A stretch of DNA of 64,000 nucleotides from Eledone cirrhosa (Eukaryota). A model generated the notes under the pieces. It was not told the origin of the DNA and made no database searches. It saw nothing but the letters and a program-made list of their open reading frames with translations. The stretch covers positions 4,154,001-4,218,000 of the forward strand of contig OZ024760.1 of NCBI GenBank assembly GCA_964016885.1, written 5' to 3'. Each line of letters begins with the position of its first letter. Position 1 is the first letter of the stretch. The translations under genes and the position numbers were made by a program. This document shows positions 12,420 to 25,291 of this stretch, in pieces.

Positions 12420-15400
12420 CTAGCAGTTTAGCCCGGCGTTGCTCGGGTTTGTTCATTTGCTATGAAAAGTTACATACAGATAAACGTGGTTTGAAAGCGA
12501 ATAAGCTTATCAATTAAGTGCATAAAGCAGTTGAACCGGTTATTAAAAGTTACGAACCAATTAGCATTTTGGTCAATCAATGATGGGTTAATAATCTTCC
12601 AATAGCGAATTTAGTAGACCAAAGTTGCAAGATGGTGGCCCTGATGCCGCTGGGTGTCAGATCTGTCCGCCATGGGATACCCTACCAGGAAATAGTGTTC
12701 CAGACGGCATAGCTCCAACACCTGCACCAACATCTATAGCACCTCTTTGTAGACGATATTGCAGTGTCATCCCTTGAGCAGAGTAAGCAAAAAGTCCATT
12801 CCTGCTCCCTGCGCGGGAACAGGCAACATAGAGTTGGCCATGAGAGAAGCATGGCTCCCCCAAATGGATGCCCGCCACCGACAATGTTTGCCCTTGTGAC
12901 TTGTTAATGGACATGGCAAAACATGGTCTCACCGGGAATTGGGATCGCCGGAAATCGAACGGGATACCTGACGCCGAGGGGAAAAGGTTCATCCTTGGAA
13001 TGAAAACATTCTCCCCTCTTCCGCACCCCCGTTACAATGGTGGCCTCAATCAAGTGGGTGTCAGTGACTTGACGACCATGCGAGTACCGTTGCACTGCTT
13101 TGGTGGACGCAAGTTCCTTATTAGCATAATGGGACAGCCAACCCTAAGCTTAATAATGTGAGGTGGGAGCCCTGGGGGCTCAAGGAGATTTAATAACTCA
13201 ACCGGATAATTAACGATATCGTCGGGGTCTGATTTGAAGATGTGCTTTTTACCGGGAATCTTCTCAATCAGCTGCTCGTTAATAAAATTAACCATGGTAT
13301 TTTTCGGAGCAAGGATGGCTCTTTCGCTGAGCCAATCGAGGTTTTTAAAGTTAGATGAGACATTAGGAAAAACTGCTTCCCAAAGGTCAGAAGGGCTGCT
13401 CACAATGTTGCACAGGGTGTCGATTGCTATGCCGCCCTTGTCATCCGCAGGGATCTTGCCCTCACCAAGTGCTAAAATGTTCTGTGCTGCAGACATGTTG
13501 TCACCATGTAAATGAGCACGCATATTTGTGCTCAGGTACAAACTATTCACCTGGAGCCACAACATGGACGACTTAAGACAAGCACGCACTTCATCTTGTC
13601 CATTTGGGGATGACAAGCAGCGTTTTCCGAAAATCCACTGATAGCAGAAGGGTTACGCCTCCCATAGGAGCCGTAGAATCCCTAATGTCTTTCCGGGCCT
13701 TGTCCAATGCCTCAAGGGCACCCTTGTGTGCCATTGTGCACTCATCCCAAACAATGAGGCAACATCTTTTGAGAACCAGAGCTTTGTGTGAACTGTTGCT
13801 GATATTGCATGTTGGTGTCTCAGTTTTTACTAAATCCAAAGGGAGTTTAAAGGTTGAATGTGCTGTCCTGCCTCCCGGCAGCAAAGTAGCAGCGATCCCG
13901 GACGATGCAACTTTTTTCTCCTGACGAATCTTAGCGAGAATCAAATTCGTTACAAAAGTTTTTCCGGTACCCCCAGAAGCGTTTTTTATTGGGGGGATCA
14001 GGGTTTTTTTTTTTTTGACCTTTTTTTGACCAGTCAGTAGTTCCTTCAAAGGCTCTGGCGGTTCCGTAAGAGGGGGCAAGGTGACCTTACCGTTTAAGCA
14101 GCACATTGCAGGTGGCTTCCCAGCCCACTTTGTAGCATTGCAGAATTGGCAATTGAAGCGCATCTCGCCTATATTTATGTCAGAGCGCATCGAGTAATTA
14201 ACGTTTTGCTCATACTTGAAAGCCCGTAGGTGCCAGTAAGGGCTGTTGGGGCTCGTCACACCGCATGCAGCTTCTCGCCGTCGACTGTTACGCTTGAACG
14301 TAGAACATTGGTCGTGTGGTTGGTGGGAAGGTCTGGCAGCAATAGCAGAAGCAACATTTGCAATGCTAATGGACCGCCCGTCTGCATCTTCAGAAGCCAT
14401 GGAAGTAGTCATAGCCGCAGCGTTCGTAAGAAGGCGAGCCGTCTGTTGTTTTAAACGTTCCAAAGACCTGGAAGCAGCATTAGTCGCATCATTTCTAGCC
14501 AGGCGCTTCGACCTTTGTTCACGGCTCTCTGAAGCCCTGGAAGAAGCCTGGTATGAAGCCATTTTGGCTAGGTGTGCGGTGCGCTGTTGGAAACTTTCAG
14601 CGGCTCGACATTCTGCTGAACGTAAGGCTGTCTGTGAAAGTCTTGAAGCATTTTCCTCAGAGGACTTGTTTGCTATAGTAGCCTTTTGCGCCACTGCTGA
14701 CGCGGTATGTCGACTGAGGCGACTTCTCTTTTTAGGTGGCATTTTATGTCCAAAAGAAAGGGTGAAAGTTACTTCTACATAAAAATTGACTTTGAAAGTC
14801 TACTGTCTGTTTATGAATATTGTTATTGTTGTTGTGATACAAATGTTAGTAAGTAAATGGGTATCGATAAATAAAGGGTGAAAGTTACTTCAACATAAAA
14901 ATTGACTTTGAAAGTATAAGGCTGATAATTGAATGTAAAAAGATTGATAAGAAAGGCTCCAAAAAAAAATTTACAGGTATTTGTATGTATGTGTGTATTT
15001 TTATGTCGAAAAGAAAGTTACTTCTACAGAAAAATTTAGTTTGAAAGTGTAAGGCCGATGTGTGTGTAAATTAAGTGACAGGTATTTGTATGTATGTGTG
15101 TATATGTATGTATGTGTGTATAATGTATGTATGTATGTATGTATGTATGTATGTATGTATGTATGTATGTGTGTATGTATTAAAGGTTGAAAGTTACTTC
15201 AACATAAAAATTGACTTTGAAAGTATAAGGCTGATAATTGAATGTAAAAAGATTGATAAGAAAGGCCTCCCAAAAAACTTTACAGGTCTTTGTATGTATG
15301 TGTGTATTTTTATGTCGAAAATAAAGGGTTAAAGTTACTTATACAGAAAAATATAGTTTGAAAGTGTAAGGCCGATTGAAAAACTTACAGTTTAGTAAAT

Positions 15401-15942
15401 GAAAGTCAGCTTCGAAATGGAGTTTGAACGCGCTAATACAAACACACACACATATATCCGTCTTTTAGTGTGTCTGTTTGTTTCTCTCTCCCTCTTTATC
15501 ATTATATGCTATTGTTATTTCTAAAACAAACTGTGTATGCGTTGATTGATTGAAATTCCCGCGTTCCTGTTTCTATGACGTCAATCGTAACCATACCAAC
15601 ATATATGTGTGTGTATGCACCCACATATATGTGTGTATATGTTTTTTTCAATGTTTCTGTTTTTCACAAACACTTATAAGAGAAGGTAGCAATTTTAAGG
15701 GGAGGTGATGAAGGGAGTAGATATAGGAAACGTATATCATATGAGAGAGGAGAAATCATCGATTGTTGAAATAAATCGATTTTTCCGTAATTGTGGCATT
15801 TTTTACCCAATAAGTTCGCCCATGACCCAAGTTAGAATATTTGTAAACATTCTGCTTAATTATTCATTCAATATTTTTTGGAATTGTGTAAATGTATAAA
15901 ATTGAAACATACATACAGACACAAAAATCTGCCTTTTATAGA
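12420..15942 (-). mobile_element. Helitron, non-autonomous (Rep domain deleted, helicase frameshifted)
   Basis: 5' A|TCTATAAAAGG at 15942; 3' hairpin cccgagcaacgccggg then CTAG|T at 12420; PIF1-type helicase motifs inside. Confidence 0.88.
12657..14742 (-). pseudogene. Helitron RepHel remnant in three frames
   Basis: Zn finger CQFC...CCLNGKV, then GGTGKTF, ASSGIAATLLPGGRTAHS, WDECTM, RAILAPKN, LCNGTR-like, FAMSINKSQGQT, HGQLYVACSR. Confidence 0.9.
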
Positions 15943-16305
15943 TAATTGTTTCTACTTTTGGCACAAGGCCAGCAATTACCCAGTACATTACTGGGTAATT
16001 GCTGGCCTTGTGCCAAAAGTAGAAACAATTATCTATAAAAGGCAGATTTTTGTGTCTGTATGTATGTTTCAATTTTATACATTTACACAATTTTATACAT
16101 TTACTGCCTTTTATAGATAATGATACATATAAATACATGCATATTCTGCCTGGATTTGCGACCGACAGATACTATTAGCAATTGGAAAGACCGATGGAAA
16201 CGTTGTTTCCTCGGTCCGATTTGACGAGCTCCACCCCACTCGTTAAGCGAATGAAGTTGGGATCTTGTTGATCGACTGTTGATATATGCACACGCATACA
16301 TATAG

Positions 16306-16343
<38 letters not shown>

Positions 16344-16574
16344 CGTCATCATCATCATTTTACGTCCGTTTTTCCCTGCTTGCAAGGGTGGGACGGGTCC
16401 TATTCAGCACAGCATCTCTCCACTTGTCATGTTCCTTTGTCATCGCCTCCATGAGCTTCATACACATATATGGACACACACATACATAAAACACTCATTT
16501 ATACATACACATACATACATAGACACTCATATATACACATACCCACAGTGTAAATCATGTTTAGAGTTACTTAC

Positions 16575-16628
16575 TGCTTTTGTGATGGTTTCAAAAAACC
16601 TCTCTCTCTGTTTTTCATCTGTTGACCT
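16575..16628 (-). CDS. TUT4/TUT7: TUT4/7-like small coding exon 8 (RSTDEKQRERFFETITKA)
   Basis: tttcag|54 nt|gtaagt, phase 0-0, open frame; weak homology, and an alternative acceptor 21 nt upstream is possible. Confidence 0.6.
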
Positions 16629-16989
16629 CTGAAATATTGTTAAAGAAAGCTGCATTGAATAGAGAGTGTATGAGTGGGAATGTGTGTGTGTGTATGTGGC
16701 AGGGAAGACCAACTGTGTATTACTGGTATTTGTTTTTAACATTACTTTGATATAAAAACAGCAATGATCAACTACAAAGTATAAACAAATTGGTGTATGG
16801 GTGATGCCAGATGTACAACATATGGATGAGGTGAGACAGGAGTTTCCGACAGTACTTTGTTCCAAACATCATTTTTAAATTAACATCATTTTCAAATTGC
16901 CCCCTTGAATAATCAAACTGAACTCCTGAGAGAGATGAACAAAAGAAAGAATGAATGAATAAATGAAAGAAGATTGTTAAAAATCTTAC

Positions 16990-17103
16990 CACATGGTAGA
17001 CAGGTAAAATAGGATTTGGTATTCTTTGTAGGAAATACACTGTCATTAAGTAGGTACAATAGGCCGGTAGAGTTCCTTCTTGTTGACGGTCAACACGACA
17101 CAG
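16990..17103 (-). CDS. TUT4/TUT7: TUT4/7-like coding exon 7
   Basis: LCRVDRQQEGTLPAYCTYLMTVYFLQRIPNPILPVYHV|gtaag, cf. LCYIDSQTDGGIPSYCFALMVMFFLQQRKPPLLP. Confidence 0.93.
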
Positions 17104-17755
17104 CTGTTGTTAGGAATTATATAACAGAGTACAAAATGTAAGTACAGAAACTAATTTACATATGCACACATTAATAAATTAATTCATACACATGGGAGGA
17201 GTCTTCAGCTGTGTCAAAGACATAACAACCTCATTAGTGCTGGTGATTTACACAATAAATGCACCCAGTACACTCTGTAAAGTGGTTGGTGATTGATAGG
17301 AAGTGCATCCAGACCTGGCCATATCTGGCCAAAATTCTCTCACATTTCAAGAACATCTAGCAAAAGCAGTTTCATGTGGTACAGGATATTAACTTTTTAG
17401 CATTTAAACTGGCTGTATCTGGCCAGAATTCTCTCAAACTGGTATTGTTCTTAAAATAAATAATATCAAAATCTCATAGGTTCGATATTATGTGAGATAA
17501 TTATGTGAGGTAAAGACTTTACCAAGAAAATACAATAGTATATGTAGAGTGTGAATGTATGTGTGAGTGTGTATTTTTGTAAGCGTGTCTGTGTTTGCGC
17601 GTTTATATTTATACACTCATACATATAAATGTATGCATATGCACATACACACATGAGCACACATATACACATATGCGTCAGCGTGTGGAAAAAAATTCTA
17701 GAATGAAAAAATGAAGATCTTTAAAAAATGTGTTTAAATCCCTACAAATACAAAC

Positions 17756-17955
17756 CTTGGCCCAATAACGTAATGCCACGGCTAGTTTTTTAGCTCTGAT
17801 ATCGATTGAACTGTATACACCAAGCAGCTGACTGGTGTGACGTGCCAGAATACAGTTGACAGTGATTTGACAGAACAGCTCGCGCTTGTCATTGGATCGG
17901 AAATACACCGACGGCACTTTGGCCAAAAAGTCTTTATCTACGTCCTTGAAAAGTT
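17756..17955 (-). CDS. TUT4/TUT7: TUT4/7-like coding exon 6
   Basis: DVDKDFLAKVPSVYF...LAVALRYWAK, cf. TUT4 DVESDFHAKVPVV...LVLAFRYWAK; 200 nt, phases fit. Confidence 0.93.
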
Positions 17956-18274
17956 CTGAAAGATCAAGAAGTAATGGTGAGAGAGAGAAAGAGGATATAT
18001 ATATATATATATATATATGTCTGTGTGTTTTTATTGGCAACATGACCATTCCAAAGTATAACAATGTGTGTGTATATATATATATATATATACATTGTTA
18101 AACTTTGGGGGGGTCATGTTGCCAATAAAAACACATGCATTAAAAATAATATATATATATATAGAATGTTGTAGTTTGCTTGATAAAATATTTGGGATAG
18201 TTAAATTTGCTAAGGTAAGATTCTATCTTGGCACTTTTAATATGAATTGTATGGTTTTTCAAATTATTTAAATT

Positions 18275-18340
<66 letters not shown>

Positions 18341-18574
18341 AAATATAGATAGACAGTTTTGTATTTGTTTTGCAAGATTTTTATGTGAAAATGTGTGTTG
18401 AAACAGATATTGTTATACTTTGTGAGGGTCATGTTGCCAATAAAAACACATGTATTAAAAATAATATATATATATATTATTCAAAATATTAACAAATGAA
18501 AAATATTCTCATAATCAAAATATATACTTTATTATATATATTTCATATATAATATTATATATATATATTTATTT

Positions 18575-18628
<54 letters not shown>

Positions 18629-18777
18629 AGATTTTATTTTGCAAGATTCTTCATGTGGAGGATAGCCAGAGACACCTGCTATAATGATGATGATGATAAT
18701 GAGAACCCTGAGGCAGTTTGAGTAAGTTGGTATCAAAAGGTTTACTAAAAATGGAGAAATAAAATAAAATGTCTTAC

Positions 18778-18918
18778 CAGATTTTTTAAGGCTTTCATAA
18801 GTCATTTTAAGGCCATTTGCCAACTTCATGTCTGGTGGAGTCTCTAAATCAATGTTGAGATCACTGCTTTTTAAACCAAACCCACTCCTTACTGAACCAT
18901 ATAGATGTAACTTGACAC
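18778..18918 (-). CDS. TUT4/TUT7: TUT4/7-like coding exon 5, degenerate nucleotidyltransferase domain 1
   Basis: LHLYGSVRSGFGLKSSDLNID: GS motif with DxD changed to DxN, as in the inactive NTD1 of TUT4/7; AG/GT sites in phase, 141 nt. Confidence 0.93.
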
Positions 18919-19468
18919 CTGGCAAACACAAAATTAATTTCTAATTTAGAATTTTAGACACAAGATCAGCAAATTTCAGGAACAACAAAATCAGTTATAT
19001 CAATGCCAGTACATGACTACCAGTATCCGTAGAGGGTCGGACGCCATGCTTTGCAGCACAGAGTTACGGCCCTTTACAGCCTGAGTTCAAATTCTGCCAA
19101 GATTAACTTTGCCTTTCATCTTTACGGGGTCGATAAAATAAAGCACCAGTAATGCACTGGGATAATTGCTGGCCTTGTGGAAAAAGAAGAAACATTTATT
19201 ATCTTATCAACTCCGGAAAGTGAAAGGCAAAAGTAAGCAAGGCAGAGTAGAAAAGAAGGTGGAGCAAAAATAAACAAGCAGAGTACAAAGAAGGCAGGGT
19301 AAAAAAAGAGTAAAATAAAAGAAAAGGTGGAGCATAAATAAAAAACGTGGGGCAAAAATAAAGAAGGCGGAGCAAAAATAAAGAAGGCAGGGCAAAAATA
19401 AAGAGGTGGAACAAAAATAAAGAAGGCAGGGCAAAAAGAAGGTGGAGCAACAAGGCCAAAGTTCTCAC

Positions 19469-19646
19469 CTTTTATGTCTTCTTGCAGGAATTGTTCGACT
19501 TTTCTGACAAACTTCTTCCGAATCTGAATCTCACTTTTGGTCAATCCATGCTCCTCGTACACTTGTTCCACCGCATCTTCTATGGCCAGCAGTTGAAACG
19601 GTGTCGGTGTCGGCAATTTCCTCAGCTTGTCCTTTGCTGCTGCTAT
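19469..19646 (-). CDS. TUT4/TUT7: TUT4/7-like coding exon 4
   Basis: cttgcag|IAAAKDKLRKLPTPTPFQLLAIEDAVEQVYEEHGLTKSEIQIRKKFV...|gtgag, 178 nt; similar to TUT4 LRSLPPPSPAHLAAL...EHGIT. Confidence 0.92.
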
Positions 19647-20029
19647 CTGCAAGCACAACGTAACAGTGTGTGGATCAATGGTTTAGGATAGGGATAGGAT
19701 AAAGTTCCTATAACTGCTTGTAGAGTCGTAGAGGCACTGCCATATGGTGTGTCTAGGGCACTTTTAAACCTGGCAGAGCCCAACCCTCTCCAGGTTTGAA
19801 CACAGCAGATTTTTTTCTATAGAGGAAGAATTAACACCAGTACTAGACTGGTACTTTTTTTTTATCGACCTCGAAAGGATAAATGGCAAAGTTGACCATG
19901 GCGGGATTTGAACTCAGAGCGCGAAATGAGGTGGGACGAATACCATAAAGCATTCTAGCCGACATCTTAACGACTCTGCCAATTCGCTGCCTTAATGGTT
20001 TTCTGTTATGCAAATGAGGAAATGTTGAA

Positions 20030-20350
20030 TGGGGTTGAATGGAGTGAAGTGGACTGAAGCAGAATGGAGTAGAGGAGTGTTGTGAAAAGGCATGGAGGAA
20101 GAGTGTGGAGTGAAGTAGAATGTAACGAAGTAGAGTGAAGAGGAGTGAAGTAGAGTGGAATGGAGTTGAGTTGAGTGGAGTGGACTTAAGCAGAATGGAG
20201 TGGAGGAATGGAAGATTGGTGTGAAGAAGCTTGGAGGAGGAGTATGGGGTGAAGGAGAATGTAATGAAGTAGAGTGAATTGGAGGAGTGAAGGAGAGTGG
20301 AATGAGGTGGAGTGAAGGAGTAGAATGGAGTGGGGTGGAATATAGTGGAG
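20030..20350. repeat. Degenerate (GGAGT/GAAGT)n purine-rich repeat
   Basis: Pentamer periodicity visible. Confidence 0.7.
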
Positions 20351-20803
20351 CAGGAGGTGGGGGTGTAAGAAGGGGGCCAGTCAAGTCCCTGTATTTGACC
20401 ATCTTCTGCTCTTCTGGGTTATGAGAGTCGAAAAAAGAAAGTCTGAAGAGAAACAAAAGGTGGATCAAAGAAAAGAAAGAATGCAAATTATCATCATCAT
20501 CATCATCATCGTTTAACGTCTATTTTCCACGTTAGCATGGGTTAGACGGGAATTGTCCCACTTGAGGCAAAATTGATCGGGTGACCGTGTCTCACTCATA
20601 TAGGACTATAGAAAGAAAAGAAGGTGGAGCAACAGGGAAAAGGGCAGAATAGAAAAACGGGTGGAGCAACAAGAAAAAAAGGCAGAATAGAAAAGGGGGT
20701 GGAGCAACAGGAAAGAAGGCAGGGCAAAAGGAGGAGGAGTAAAAAGAAGGGAAATATTTGGAGGTGTTGAAGGAAGAGCTTAAGAAAATAACCAAAATCT
20801 CAC

Positions 20804-20920
20804 CTCTTTGCGCCATTGGTGTTTAGTAGTTCGGATGTGTATCTGACAGTCTGCATCACTCATGCAATGGAATTCACACAAACGGCAGAAATACTTGGCA
20901 TCTGGAAACCGGGCAGATCG
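20804..20920 (-). CDS. TUT4/TUT7: TUT4/7-like coding exon 3, C2H2 (matrin-type) zinc finger
   Basis: ttccatag|...|gtgag, 117 nt: RSARFPDAKYFCRLCEFHCMSDADCQIHIRTTKHQWRKE. Confidence 0.92.
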
Positions 20921-22094
20921 CTATGGAAATGAAATACAAAGGACATATTACACATTAAGCGCAGGCATATACATCAGTATACTTACATACAGAGATAGAT
21001 ACAGGAACACATACATAAACACTGGTTAATGGAGAATCAACACCGAAAACTTTCCTGTCGATATATCACCAATATATATCACTAAACATTTATACAGGTG
21101 AGAATTATCTGATGAAATTGTATCTGGCTGGTTTACAATTACATAACAGATACTATGGAAATACGCATCACAGCTATTATGTAATAAATACATTATGTAA
21201 GATAAAGCCTTTACCACAAAAATACAATAGTATATATAGAGTAATGTAAATGCTAAAAGGGTTAATTAAGGTGGACTTGAAGTCATTAAAAAAAAAATTG
21301 ATCCACTATTTTCTGAAATAACTATTCTATCTACTGGGACCATGAGACAGCATGCATCTGGGGTTCTGCATGTCAGAGAACATTCTCCCACATTGTCCAG
21401 CCATTGCGGTAGCGATGGTAGTGGTAGTGGTAGTGGTGGTCTGTGTATTATCCTCTTTAATTAAACTCTACACCAAACAAGAATATTATGCATATGCACA
21501 TCCACACACACACTCTCTCTCCATATAACAACTAGTGTTGATAAATTCACTACAAGACCATCCTCATAATGTATACATACACATGTGTAATATGTATATG
21601 TGTATATATATATATACATATTTTTTTTTGTTTTACGTCCGCTTCTCCCTGCTTGCAAGGATGAGACAGGAACTGATTCTGGCTTGATTTCTACAGCTGG
21701 ATGCCCTTCCTAACACCAACCTCATTTACAGTGAGTGCTGGGTGCTTTTTTGCCGTGGCACCTCCACGACCACTTTGCAGTGGAATGATATGGACCCCAG
21801 TCCCTATCATCTCATTTCTACAGCTGAGTAAACTGGAGCAATATGAAATAAAGTGTCTTGCTCAAGGAAACAACACATCACCATCATCATCATCATTTTA
21901 CGTCCGCTTTTCCTTGCTTTGAAGGGTGGGACAGGTTTTATTAAGCACGACATCTCTCCATTCGTCATGCTCCCTTGTCATCTCCTCCATGAACTTCAGT
22001 GATCTGAGGTCAGCTCTCACCACCTCCACCCATGTTTTTTGTGGTCTTCCTTCTACTGGGATTTCTTGGCACTTCTTTAACCAGTGGTCATCCT

Positions 22095-22150
<56 letters not shown>

Positions 22151-22473
22151 ATGTATATGTGTATGTGTGTATATATATATATATAATCTTGGTATGTTTA
22201 TATACATTTTTTCTTCTAACTTTGTTTTTATACCTAATTGTGTATGGTTGACGATATATTTAATCGATTCCCACGTGCTATTGGAAATGCTGGGTAAATA
22301 TTCTATGGCTGTTGATCGCGAATAGATAGCTGTCGTTTATTTATCTATTATTTCTTCATAGGTGTCTTTTAATCTTATAGCCTGGTTTAATTGGTTTTTT
22401 GTTTGGTTGATTATGCTGATTGGGAGAGGAAATGGTGTATATATTTTATCAAATGATTCTATGGACATACTTT

Positions 22474-22517
<44 letters not shown>

Positions 22518-23021
22518 CTGTAAATGTGGTTGGTGTTAGGATAGGAAGAACATCCAGCTGTCGAAACCAAGCCAAATCAGTCACCCGACCTGATCTCTCA
22601 CAAAGGGACAGCCTGTCCTACCCATGCTAGCATGGAAGATGGATGTTAAACGATGATGATATATATATATTGTGTATATCATCATTTGCTAGCAAGGCCT
22701 GGACAGGTGTTCACAGACTAAATCAGTACCCAAGCAGGTCTACTGACCTCTTAGGCGAGCCAGGAACTGACTGTAAATCTCATTTATATACAATCCCATG
22801 CTCCACCGAGTGCATTTTACCATGACACCAGCACTAGGGAGGTTGTTATGACAGGGCACATTTTAACTCATACTACCAGGTATCTGTTGTTACACCTCTA
22901 CACAGATAATCCTAACTCTTACCTACCCAGTCAACTCTACACTCTAACATGATTAGAGAGTTTCAACAGGAGTGGAATGAGGAGACGGAGGAAGAGGCAT
23001 ATCAATTAGATGGTTACTCAC

Positions 23022-23065
23022 TCGTTTCAATGGATACACTCTATCTTCTTTGGAGAGTTCCTCAG
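23022..23065 (-). CDS. TUT4/TUT7: TUT4/7-like coding exon 2 (AEELSKEDRVYPLKR)
   Basis: tttatgcag|...|gtgagt, 44 nt, phase 1 to 0; resembles the TUT4 segment before the C2H2 finger (AEERLERDHIFRLEK). Confidence 0.85.
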
Positions 23066-23099
23066 CTGCATAAAGATATGGAAAAAAAAATATTCATAT

Positions 23100-23151
<52 letters not shown>

Positions 23152-23234
23152 CATTATTCCGGGTTGAATCGGAGGTAACCACAGTAAGTAAGGTACTCAA
23201 TACATAGCAGAGTATAAAAGTTTTAATATAGATG

Positions 23235-23285
23235 AGATTCTACAGGACTAGAACTGTTTCATTCTTTAGAAATCATCAGGAATCT
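23235..23285 (-). ncRNA. Minimal type I hammerhead ribozyme (PLE pLTR fragment 23155-23300)
   Basis: agauuc-CUGAUGA-uuucuaaagaau-GAAA-cag..cug-UA-gaaucu. Confidence 0.8.
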
Positions 23286-23411
23286 GGCTTTCCAAAAATA
23301 AATGTTGTGGTATTTATATCTTTTCAGGTGGTAGGAGAGGGTGGGGAGTGGGATGGGTAGAGGTCAACCAATGACCTCTACCCATCCCATGTTGACATGT
23401 CTTGGAATATA

Positions 23412-23452
<41 letters not shown>

Positions 23453-23453
<1 letters not shown>

Positions 23454-25291
23454 GTAAATTTGTATTCCAATGTTACTAAGTAGTTGCATTGGATGGAGTC
23501 AACCGACGTCGGAGATTGCTCAACGTATAATAAAGTGTGTTTTAAAATCCGGAGAAAATATGGAGAAGAAGTTTATGAAACGGAAATGCGGGTATAAAGA
23601 ATTTATTAGGTAACAATTGTTTCTATAGTGTATGGGTTACCTATACCTCGCTATTTGAATAATATAAAAATATTATCATAAACTGAAGGTACACTGCAAG
23701 CAAATACACCATGTCGTCAGACCTTTGTATTGGAATGATATGAAAATATTTTATACACTAGATAAAAGAAGGAGGTAGGAAGAGAAGGGGAAGAGGGAAG
23801 TGAGTAAGGGGGAGGGAGTCCTAGGATTTAAGACTGTCAGACTAGTAGAGATTGTAAGGAGAGAATGTTTTGGCAGCAGTTAGCTTAATGAGGCGTGTTA
23901 GGGTTGGCGGGGGAGGTAAATTCTTCTAGTGGTGTTGTTCGGACAAAATTTAGTTAAAGGGGTCAAAGTGGTACAGAGTTACAGACAAGTTATTGGGGCT
24001 ATTATAGTAGCAGGTTATTTCTAAAGGGGTCCAGAAAACAGTGTTTAGTACTATTATTATAGTAAGCCATATCTTGTGTATAAACATATAAAACAGAAAT
24101 TTGCAAACGGTGGTGTAAAAAGGTAACATTATATGCATTTAAAAAAAGAAAAAGTCGTTTTCAAACGATGGTTACAGTATAGTGAACGTTCAATTTTGCT
24201 GTTCAAAAGTTTGTTTACCGACGGTAAAATGCAGTATATCTCCAAATTGCATAATTTACAGAATCGATGATTTTGCTTATATGCAGGCGCAGTTGCAATA
24301 ATTTGCCAATCAAAGGAGAATGCAAGGGAGAATGCTGAATAACCAGTGCCTAGCACGCAATATTGTCTACCGATGTACAATAAATTCCGGAACCAACAAA
24401 TGGTATTACGTCGGATGTACCGCAACTTCTTTCAAAGCTCGCCTATACCAACATCGATCTTCGATCAGGCATGAGAAAATGCGTTCCGTAACAACCCTCG
24501 CCGATAAAGCCTGGCAGCTCCGGAGGAACAATCAAGCATTCTCCCTTGATTGGCAAATTATTGCAACTGCGCCTGCATATAAGCAAAATCATCGATTCTG
24601 TAAATTATGCAATTTGGAGATATACTGCATTTTAACGTCGGTAAACAAACTTTTGAACAGCAAAATTGAACGTTCACTATACTGTAACCATCGTTTGAAA
24701 ACGACTTTTTCTTTTTTTAAATGCATATAATGTTACCTTTTTACACCACCGTTTGCAAATTTCTGTTTTATATGTTTATACACAAGATATGGCTTTCTAT
24801 AATAATAGTACTAAACACTGTTTTCTGGACCCCTTTAGAAATAACCTGCTACTATAATAGCCCCAATAACTTGTCTGTAACTCTGTACCACTTTGACCCC
24901 TTTAACTAAATTTTGTCCGAACAACACCACTAGAAGAATTTACCTCCCCCGCCAACCCTAACACGCCTCATTAAGCTAACTGCTGCCAAAACATTCTCTC
25001 CTTACAATCTCTACTAGTCTGACAGTCTTAAATCCTAGGACTCCCTCCCCCTTACTCACTTCCCTCTTCCCCTTCTCTTCCTACCTCCTTCTTTTATCTA
25101 GTGTATAAAATATTTTCATATCATTCCAATACAAAGGTCTGACGACATGGTGTATTTGCTTGCAGTGTACCTTCAGTTTATGATAATATTTTTATATTAT
25201 TCAAATAGCGAGGTATAGGTAACCCATACACTATAGAAGCAATTGTTACCTAATAAATTCTTTATACCCGCATTTCCGTTTCATAAACTTC

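Noticed and set aside
16820-16926. Extra TUT4/7 exon after a good acceptor (ctctctcag)
   Set aside because: Stop codon in the required frame and no convincing donor.
22190-22470. Possible coding fragment on the minus strand
   Set aside because: Interrupted by a stop and no recognisable motif; probably TE debris.
23349-23390. Short palindromes (also ~30040-30090, 56915-56960)
   Set aside because: Small local fold-backs of repeat sequence with no distinct function evident.
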